The translations under genes and the position numbers were made by a program. DNA of 43,224 bases from Prasinococcaceae sp. CCMP 1430 (Eukaryota > Plantae > Prasinodermophyta): positions 1-43,224 of the forward strand of contig RQSC01000824.1 in NCBI GenBank assembly GCA_013416795.1. The letters are read 5' to 3'. Positions 1 to 10,420 of this stretch are shown one piece after another. The first letter of the stretch is position 1. Every line of letters begins with the position of its first letter. The notes beneath the pieces are model-generated. The model was not told the origin of the DNA. It did not search any database and was given only the letters and a program-made list of their open reading frames with translations.

Positions 1-318
1 GCGCGCGTGCGCTCGCAGCACGCCACCCGAGCGCGCGCGCGCACACTGGCGCGGGCGCGCGCCGCACGCACGCGCGCGAGAGCGTGTGTGGCAGCGTGCG
101 TGTGCGCGCGCCAAAAAAAACACGAGCGCGCGCACACACACTGTACATTCTTGCGCGCGGACGCAGCAGCGGCCAGCGTACCCGCACGGTCGGCGCCACT
201 ACTGACAACGGCGTGCGTGCAATCGCGTGCGCGTTTACTTTCTGTCGTGGTCCTGCTACAGGACCGCCTATACTCCATCCGTCGCGCGTGTCTGCGTCTG
301 CGCGTGCGCTGGCGTGTG

Positions 319-2248
319 TCATGCGAGCTCGAGCTCGACCCGGTCGATGTCCACGACCCCTGGCGCGCCGCTCGTCGAGTCGGGCCCCACCCACACCTCG
401 TTGGCGCCCGCGACGGGCACGCGCAGCGCGAGCTGCACCCACCCGTCGCTGCGCGCCGACGCCTGCGCGGGCGTCTGCGCCGCGTCTGAGTCGGGCGCGA
501 TCGCGACGATCGCGGACGTCAGCGGGGCGGCCGCGAGGAAGGTCGCCCCGTGCGGGGGCTCGAAGCGCACAGCCGAGACGGCCAGCGACGCCACCAGCGG
601 CTCCAACGACGGCCACGAGGCTCCGATGCCCGTCTCGTCCGCGCCGTCGCCCGCGGGGCTGCTCCCAGCCCCGCCCCCTGAGTCCGCATTGCCCGTCCGC
701 ACCCACATGCGCAGCACGCCCGCGGGGAGCGGCGAGGCGCTCGCGAGCGCGAAGGTGCACTGGTAGGCGTACTGCACCCGCACGCCCTGCCGCCCCTGCG
801 TGGCATCGCCACCTCCTCCGGCGCCGGCGCCTCCAGAATCTGAGATGGCGCCACCACTAGTAGCACCACTGCCGCTGCCATTGCCACTACCGCTGCCCGG
901 CGCGAGCGCCGCGGGTGCCGAATCCAGCGAGCCCGGCGCCTCGCCCGCGAGCGACGCTGGCAGCGCCGAGTCCGGGTCTAACGACGTCGCGCACGTGCTG
1001 CCGTCCGACACGCCCGGCGCGAAGATGCCGCCATCGAACAGCACGATCGTGTCCGCAGCGGGCGGGGGCGACGGCGGCGGCGGGGGCGGCGGGGGCGGCG
1101 GGGGCGAAGGTGGTGGTGACGTGGGCGATGGAGTGGGCGACGCCGTCGGTGAGGGGGTCGGCTCTGGTGTCGGCGATGGCGATGCGGGTAGTGGTGGTGG
1201 GGGCGGGGAAGGTAAGGGTGGGGATGGGGGCGGGGTTGCTGGTGCTGGCGGGGGCGGCGACTCAGGGGCGGGCGCCGGCGCGGGTGCTGGCGAGGGGGAA
1301 GGCGCGGGAGCCGGCGCGGGTTTGGGGGAAGCAGGCGCCGGCAGCGGCGCCGGCGCGGGTGCTGCCGATGGTGTCGATGGTGGCAATGGCGGGGGTACCG
1401 TCTTCGTGGGGGATGCGGTAGGGGGTCCTTGCGACGTGGGAGACTCCGTCGGCGTCGAGTTCTCCTCAGCGTCCGCGGTATCACTCGCGTCCCCCTCCTC
1501 AGGCTCCCCCGAGTCCTCGGCAAAGTCCCTGGGCTCGAAGAGCACGAGGTCGAAGTCGATCGTCACAGCGCCCGCGTTGATGTCGGTGCTGCCCACCCAT
1601 ATCTCGTTGGCCCCTGCTTGCGTGACGTTGAGCGAGACGTGCGACCACTCGCCCCCCGCAAGCGGAAAGGCGCCCAGCGTCGTCGCCACCGCGGCGGGGA
1701 CGGCGGCCTGCGCGTACTGCACGGTCGGGTTGACGCCGTCCCACGACACGGCGCTCAGCGCAAGCGCGCCGAAGTCGTACGCGGCCGCGGCCTGCTGCTG
1801 CGCCTGCGGCCGCAGCCACATGCTCACCGTCCCGGAGGGCAGCGGCGCGTCGCGCGCGACCGACATCACGCACTGCGCCTGGAAGCCCGCGCGGATGCCC
1901 GACACCTCCGAGCCACCCAGCGCCGCCGGCAGGCCGGCGGCGGGCTCCTCGTACACGTTGTTGCAGTTGGAGCCGTCGGAGACGCCGTCGCCGTAGCCGC
2001 CGTCGTACAGCACGACCCACCCCGCCGGGAACGGCCTCGCCACCGGCAGCGTGGGCTGCGGGTTGGCGGGTGGCGGCGCCGGGCTCGGCGGCGGGGGGGG
2101 AGGGGGGGCGCTGCTGGGCGGCGGTACCGTCGGCGTGGGGGGCGCGGGAGCAGGCGGCGAGGGGCTTGGCGGTGGGGAAGGCGTGCCCGGAGTTTGCGGC
2201 TGCGGCGGCGTCGGCGCCGCGCCTGGGGGCGGTCCTGGCGGCGACGGT
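319..2248 (-). CDS. Proline-rich (extensin/HRGP-like) protein with two copies of a ~170-aa globular, CBM-like domain; 5' part lost in the N gap
   Basis: Open frame from the gap edge (2248) to TGA at 321-319. SP/PPSP/PAPA tracts alternate with two homologous domains (VVLYDGG..GVSDGSNC..QCVMSVARDAPLPSGTVSMWLR..W..V.L.V..AGANEIWVG..IDFD vs IVLFDGG..GVSDGSTC..QCTFALASASPLPAGVLRMWVR..W..L.L.VPVAGANEVWVG..DID). The ORF-track start at 3294 crosses the gap and is not trusted. Confidence 0.8.
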
Positions 2249-3215
2249 NNNNNNNNNNNNNNNNNNNNNNNNNNNNNNNNNNNNNNNNNNNNNNNNNNNN
2301 NNNNNNNNNNNNNNNNNNNNNNNNNNNNNNNNNNNNNNNNNNNNNNNNNNNNNNNNNNNNNNNNNNNNNNNNNNNNNNNNNNNNNNNNNNNNNNNNNNNN
2401 NNNNNNNNNNNNNNNNNNNNNNNNNNNNNNNNNNNNNNNNNNNNNNNNNNNNNNNNNNNNNNNNNNNNNNNNNNNNNNNNNNNNNNNNNNNNNNNNNNNN
2501 NNNNNNNNNNNNNNNNNNNNNNNNNNNNNNNNNNNNNNNNNNNNNNNNNNNNNNNNNNNNNNNNNNNNNNNNNNNNNNNNNNNNNNNNNNNNNNNNNNNN
2601 NNNNNNNNNNNNNNNNNNNNNNNNNNNNNNNNNNNNNNNNNNNNNNNNNNNNNNNNNNNNNNNNNNNNNNNNNNNNNNNNNNNNNNNNNNNNNNNNNNNN
2701 NNNNNNNNNNNNNNNNNNNNNNNNNNNNNNNNNNNNNNNNNNNNNNNNNNNNNNNNNNNNNNNNNNNNNNNNNNNNNNNNNNNNNNNNNNNNNNNNNNNN
2801 NNNNNNNNNNNNNNNNNNNNNNNNNNNNNNNNNNNNNNNNNNNNNNNNNNNNNNNNNNNNNNNNNNNNNNNNNNNNNNNNNNNNNNNNNNNNNNNNNNNN
2901 NNNNNNNNNNNNNNNNNNNNNNNNNNNNNNNNNNNNNNNNNNNNNNNNNNNNNNNNNNNNNNNNNNNNNNNNNNNNNNNNNNNNNNNNNNNNNNNNNNNN
3001 NNNNNNNNNNNNNNNNNNNNNNNNNNNNNNNNNNNNNNNNNNNNNNNNNNNNNNNNNNNNNNNNNNNNNNNNNNNNNNNNNNNNNNNNNNNNNNNNNNNN
3101 NNNNNNNNNNNNNNNNNNNNNNNNNNNNNNNNNNNNNNNNNNNNNNNNNNNNNNNNNNNNNNNNNNNNNNNNNNNNNNNNNNNNNNNNNNNNNNNNNNNN
3201 NNNNNNNNNNNNNNN
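2249..3215. other. Assembly gap (N run)
   Basis: Run of N. Confidence 1.
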
Positions 3216-3429
3216 GCGCGCGCGGCCGCGCGCCTCTCGCGGCGGGGCCTGAGCGGCGACACAGCCGAGGGCCTCCGCGCGCGCGGCCTCCCACCGGGGG
3301 TCCTCAGGGAAGGGGGGAGGGGGTGGGAGCGCCCTCGGGGGTCTTCGAGGACGGCGGCTGCGGCTGCTGGTGCTCGGCGGGGCTGTTCACGTCGGAGGGC
3401 ACGCAGGCAGCGAAGACTTTCCCTGCCAC

Positions 3430-3770
3430 AGACGCGCGAAATTCAAATCCAAGTCGAAATTGAAATTGAAAGTGGATTACAATGCCGTCGAAACTTGGAT
3501 CTTGACGTCAAAAAGCGTGAGTTTCGTCACGGGAGGCACTGTTTTGGGGTGCGCCTCTTTGCATTTTTTTTGGGTTTCGGGTGCGCCCGTTTGGATTTTG
3601 TACTTTTGTTCTTTCCAGCAATGTTTGCTCGGTCGTCTTTTGATTGGCTTCGGTCAATAATAAAAACGCCGTCAAAAAGCATCGCCGCGAACGGCCCTTT
3701 TTTGGCGTGCTTTCGGGTCGGGTGTGCCTGCTGGAATGGGAGGCGCGCGAGCGAAGAGAGGTCAATTTAG
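3430..3770. other. AT-rich island (intergenic or intronic)
   Basis: Abrupt drop in GC with A and T runs and no GT/CA microsatellite. Confidence 0.6.
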
Positions 3771-4865
3771 CCAACGGGAGACGTGCCAGCTGGCAGGCGC
3801 CGCTGGTGCGGGCATGCCGCGCTTCGCGAGGCTCCTTCGGCTGTGCCTATGAGTCTGAGGCTCTCTGCTGGCGTCGCCGCGCCACTCACTGGCGGTCTCA
3901 TTGGCGCCGGCGGCTCGAATGAGGGGCTGCTGAGCAGCTCGTCATCAACGGGCGCGGCCTCCGATGGCGGGGCGCACTCGGATGCCGTCGAGGCTCCGAA
4001 TCTCGGCGTTGCCTGGGCTCGGTTGCCTGGCGGGGCTTGCGGTAGCCTCGGCAGCAGCTCATCCGCCGTTGCGATACGCAGCAGCGTCGATGCTCGATAG
4101 TCGGTACTCGATACCGGTACTGATGCCGTCGACAGAGAAAAGCCTGAGCCAAAGCCTGGGCCTATGAGAGCGAAGCTCTCGGGTTCGCCTCGCCGGCTGC
4201 CGCCGTGCTGGTGCTCGCGCTGCTGCCGCTGCCAAACAAATCTGGTGCTGCTGCTCAGCAACCACCTGGGTAGCCGCACTGCCAGACAGGCAGAAGTCGA
4301 TCAGTGCTGCTCGAGGAGCCTGAAGAAGGTGGCACGTGCTTGTCCAAGGCATGCTCACACTCAACTCACACTCAACGCATCATGTCATTCCCGGCCTTTG
4401 CGTTTGCTGCCCACGTCGATGCCTGGGGGCGTTCGACATCGAGGGTCATCGAGACGTCGACAGCTCCAACGGTCTGTCTCCGCCACGACTGCTGAATTCA
4501 GTGGACTGTGCCTGATATCAGCACGCCCTCTTACGCCATATGCCCTCGCTGTCTTACTGGCAGTCGGTGCTGCTGCTGCTGCAACGTTGTTCGAGGAAGG
4601 TCCCACGGCACACCTGGCGTGTGCTTCGCGCGCGCCCGAAAAGGATGACGAGCGACGGGAGCCCGCACTACTGGTGCTGGCAGTAGCAGCGGTGCAGCCT
4701 GCTGAGCGCCGTGCTGCAGCGGGCAGCTGGGGCTGGCTGTGGCAGCGGCCCGGCGGGCGGGCGCCACACGCAGCGCCTGCCACGCGCGCGCGGGCTCGCC
4801 GTCCGTGCGCAAAGCTGCTGCTGGCGGCCGCGCCGCGCGCGGCGGCCGCGCGCGGCCTCCTTCAG

Positions 4866-5518
4866 GTGCCCGGCGGGTTCAACCCCATCCCGATGCCCTA
4901 CTCCACCGAGGTGCGTGCGTCGAGCTCCGTGCTACGGGCGCGGGCGTGCGTGCGTGCTCGTGCGCGCGCGGCATCTGCTGCACTCAATGCCTGCCTGTGC
5001 GCGCGCCAGAGCGAGTGCGACGAAGTTGTTGACGCGCGCACTCCCTCGCGCTCGCGCGTGCTCGCGTGGACGCTGCCGCGCCCGCAACAGTTCCTGGACG
5101 TCGTGCAAGGCGCCGTCGACACCGAGGAGAATGGCCAGTTCGAGTGCGGCTCCGACCCCGCAGACAACATCCTCGGCACGCCCGAGGACCAGGTCGTCGC
5201 GGGCATAAATTACAAGGTGGGTTGCCACAGGACGTGAGCGCTCCTGGGCACGAACGCGCGCGCGCGAGCGCTCGCAAGTGTCCGCCGATTGCACGCGTCG
5301 CGCTGCTGACAAAGCCCTTCGCGCCGTCTACCTCCTCCGCTCGCGCTTTGCTGGATCAGTTCACGATGAACACCGCCGGCGGCGTCCTCGAGTGCACGGC
5401 CTTCGTGCCGCTCCCGGGGCAGGGATCCACCGAGTACGAATGCCTCGTGGACGGGCCGCCTCTGCCCTGCGGCACGGACGCCGCGGATATGCCCAGTCCG
5501 GGGCCCGACAGCGAGTAG
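4866..5518 (+). CDS. Cystatin-family cysteine protease inhibitor; exons 4866?-4910, 5091-5216, 5360-5518; start codon unresolved
   Basis: Spliced in phase 0 at GT..AG sites it reads VPGGFNPIPMPYSTE|FLDVVQG..PEDQVVAGINYK|FTMNTAGGVLECTAFVPLPG..SE*. It carries the N-terminal GG, the QVVAG (QxVxG) hallmark and a downstream VPLP loop. Confidence 0.7.
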
Positions 5519-6051
5519 GAAGTCGAAGACGGGCGGTGCTCTTGCACTTACCCACCCACACACTTGCGCCAGCGCCCACGCAGTGACACGCACACACTCG
5601 CGCGCGCTTGCTCGCAGGTGTGCGCACACGCGTCGTGAAGCGTGCGTTTGCGCGCGCCTGTAGGCGTCCGAGACGGGCGTGCGCATGCGTGGGCTGGTGC
5701 ATGCGCTGTACGTCCGGCGCGCATGCACGCGCAGCCGACGCGAACACACGGTAGTCGCGGCGCTGTATAAAGAACAAGAGCGACGCCATGCTGCTAATAC
5801 GCGCGCGCGCGCGCATCTCGCGGCTCGGCGCGCCCGCGGGCGCCCTCCGCGCTCGCATTCGCAGCGACCAAGCGCGGCGCGACCCCGCAGGCGGTCGGGA
5901 GGCCCGCCGCCGAGGTGCCCGCCACCTCGCAGCTCCACACCTGCTGCGCGGTGCACGTTGCCAGCCAGCACGTAGTCACCACAGTAGTCCACTACCCAAT
6001 TCGAAGTGACCTGCTTATAAACCCTTTTAAGAATACCGCAGATAAATGTTC

Positions 6052-6069
6052 AAACCTAAACCTAAACCT
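6052..6069 (+). repeat. (AAACCT)3 telomere/telo-box-like repeat in an AT-rich patch upstream of CYP23
   Basis: aaacctaaacctaaacct, about 170 bp before the ATG at 6240. Confidence 0.6.
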
Positions 6070-6239
6070 GAGCGGGTGCAATTCGCGCGAGGGCGGGACG
6101 CGTGCACACGCACACACGCACACGCACACACACGCACACACACACACACACGCACGCACGCACACAGAGGCACACAGGCGCACGCCCACGCCACACGCGC
6201 GCACGCACGCGCGCGCGGGCGCACGCGGGCGCGCGCGCA

Positions 6240-7826
6240 ATGCGGCGCGCTCTGGCGCTGGCGCCGGCGCTGGCGCTGGCGCTCGCCCTGGCGATCGCGT
6301 CGCCCGCCGCGCTCCCCCTCGCCGCCACCGCGGCGACGCCTGTGGCGACAGTGTCCGCGTCCGCGGCGCACCCGGAGCTCTCCTCGGAGCGCGTGACGCT
6401 CACCACCGACCACGGCGACATCACGCTCGCGTTCTACCCGCGCCTCGCGCCGAAGACGTGCGAGCACATCTACGAGCTCTTCGCGCTCGGGCTGTACGAC
6501 ACCAACCACATCTTCCGCGTCGACAGGGGATTCGTCGCGCAGGTGCGCAGGCGCGCGCTGGAGCGTGTGGCTCTGCGCGTGTCTGCGCTCTGTGCGTGCG
6601 TGCGTGTGCGTGTGCGCGCGCGCGCGTGCGTGCGGATGCGCGTGCGTCTGCGAACCTGAACATGAACTCACGCACACGCACACACGCGTGTACGCACGCA
6701 CACGCGCGCGCACGCACGCAGATCGCCGACGTGGTGGGCGGTCGGTCCGCGCAGATCTTCGACGCCGAGCTTCGCCGCCTGGCGGCCGCCTCGGTGCCCG
6801 GCGAGTTCTCCGACGTGCCGCACGTGCGCGGCACGCTGTCGATGGGGCGCTTCGACGACCCCAACAGCGGCACGTCGAGCTTCTCCATGCTCCTCGGCAG
6901 GGCCGCGCACCTCGACCACACATACGCGGTGCGTGCGCGCGCGCGTGCGAGGGAGGGGGGGGGGAGAGAGTGTGCGCGCCCACGCGAATGCGCATGCGCC
7001 CACGCGAATGCGTACGCGTGCACGTACACACGCACACACACACACACACACACAAACGCACACATCCCACACGTGCCCGCACGCGCACGCGCTCACACGC
7101 GCGCACGCGCGCGTCGCGCACCGCTCTATCGCAGGTGTTCGGCGAGGTGGTCGCCGGCGACGACGTGCTGCACGCGCTGGAGGCGCTGCCCACCAGGCGC
7201 GAGGGCATGTTCGTGATGCCCGAGGCGCGCATCGAGATACGCTCCACGCACATCACCGGCCACGGCGAGCTTCACGAGAGGGTCTTCGGCGCGCGCCCGG
7301 CCAAGGTGCGTGTGCGAGCGTGCGCGGCCGCGTGTGTATGTGGATGTATGGGCACGCGCGGCACACGCACGCACGCACACACGCACTCGCATGCGTGCGC
7401 GTTCTCACCCCCACCCCATACTGTCTCGCCCCCCACCACACACATACACACACACACACGTGCAGGAATCGGTGAACTGCAGCGGCGTGGCCGACGCGGC
7501 GTACAAGCGCGGCGTCGCGAGCGCGAGCTCCGTCGTCGCGGGCGCCGAAGGCCGCGCCGAAGCCGCCGAGGCGCAGCTGGCGGCGCTCAGGCAGGAGGTG
7601 CGGGCCGCCGCGCTCGCAGGGAGATGCACACGCGCACACGCGCGCGCGCGTGCATGCACACGCACGCGCTGACACTTTTGCACGCGCTCGCGCGCGCACA
7701 CACGCGCGCGCGCGTGCGCGCGCGTCCCCACTCGCCCGCCCAGTCCGAGGACCTCGCGCGCACCGCCGAGGCGTCGCGCGCGTCCGACGCGCGCGTGGCG
7801 GTGCTGTGCGCGCTCGCTGGCGCGGC
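6240..7826 (+). CDS. CYP23: Cyclophilin-type peptidyl-prolyl isomerase, plant CYP23 type, with signal peptide; exons 6240-6542, 6722-6928, 7135-7305, 7466-7597, 7744->gap
   Basis: All introns are GT-AG and phase 0. Motifs HPELSSERVTLTTDHGDI..FYPRLAPKT..YDTNHIFRVDRGFVAQ|IADV..GEFSDVPHVRGTLSMGRFDDPNSGTSSFSMLLG..HLDHTYA|VFGEV..LPTRREGMFVMP match plant CYP23. Hydrophobic N-terminus. The 3' end runs into the gap. Confidence 0.92.
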
Positions 7827-8333
7827 NNNNNNNNNNNNNNNNNNNNNNNNNNNNNNNNNNNNNNNNNNNNNNNNNNNNNNNNNNNNNNNNNNNNNNNNNN
7901 NNNNNNNNNNNNNNNNNNNNNNNNNNNNNNNNNNNNNNNNNNNNNNNNNNNNNNNNNNNNNNNNNNNNNNNNNNNNNNNNNNNNNNNNNNNNNNNNNNNN
8001 NNNNNNNNNNNNNNNNNNNNNNNNNNNNNNNNNNNNNNNNNNNNNNNNNNNNNNNNNNNNNNNNNNNNNNNNNNNNNNNNNNNNNNNNNNNNNNNNNNNN
8101 NNNNNNNNNNNNNNNNNNNNNNNNNNNNNNNNNNNNNNNNNNNNNNNNNNNNNNNNNNNNNNNNNNNNNNNNNNNNNNNNNNNNNNNNNNNNNNNNNNNN
8201 NNNNNNNNNNNNNNNNNNNNNNNNNNNNNNNNNNNNNNNNNNNNNNNNNNNNNNNNNNNNNNNNNNNNNNNNNNNNNNNNNNNNNNNNNNNNNNNNNNNN
8301 NNNNNNNNNNNNNNNNNNNNNNNNNNNNNNNNN
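7827..8333. other. Assembly gap (N run)
   Basis: Run of N. Confidence 1.
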
Positions 8334-9803
<1,470 letters not shown>

Positions 9804-9806
9804 GCN

Positions 9807-10420
9807 GCAAAGTGTTCGAGCACGTCTTCATTTCGCGCGGCGAGCTCTTGCTGCGCCTCGCGCTCCACTATCGCGCCAAGGCGCTCCAAGAGATTTACAA
9901 GATTCTGGGCAGCGCCGAGTTCCTGGGACAGCCCACGCAGCTCCTGAGCTCGATGGGCACAGGCTTCGCCTCGCTGTTCTACGACCCCGTGGCCGGGCTG
10001 GTGTACAACCCCAACGCAGAGGACTTTGGGATCAGCGTGGCAAAGGGGGGCAAGCGGCTGGTGGTCAACACGCTCTACGCCATCAGCACGACCGTATCCG
10101 CCGTGACGGGTTCGTTGGGCTCCAATGTAGGCCGAATCGCCGCACCGGGCGGAGTGGCAGGCGGCTCAGGCGGTCTCGCCAAATCTGCGAGCGCGCAGCG
10201 CCGTCGTGCCACTGCGCGCAGCATCCTCAACGCACGCGGGCGGGTGGTAGGCGTCAGGGGAACATTCGGCTTCATGGGCGGCGCAGTGGCAGAGGGCGCG
10301 GGAGATCTCTACACGGGTGTGGCTGAGGGCCTAGGCGGGCTCGTCATCGATCCCATCGCGGGTGCTGGGCAGGGCGGCGTGACGGGTTTTGTGGGCGGCG
10401 TGCGCGGCGGGGTGGCGCGC
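9807..10420 (+). CDS. VPS13: VPS13-family C-terminal region (ATG_C/APT1-type helices), partial
   Basis: ALQEIYKILGSAEFLGQPTQLLSSMGTGFASLFYDPVAGLV..EDFGISVAKGGKRLVVNTLYAIS..GSLG..EGLGGLVIDPIAGAGQGGVTGFVGGVRGG matches the VPS13 C-terminal consensus. The 5' end is at the N join, and the 3' end collides with GT copy 1. Confidence 0.8.

Noticed and set aside
3216-3420. Possible minus-strand exon (GKVFAACVP..; PEDPRWEAARAEAL) as 5' part of the Pro-rich gene
   Set aside because: Needs a frameshift and cannot be connected across the gap
3767-4812. Minus-strand ORFs 3767-4279, 4385-4783 and 4531-4812
   Set aside because: No recognisable motif and no consistent exon chain; may be coding but cannot be supported
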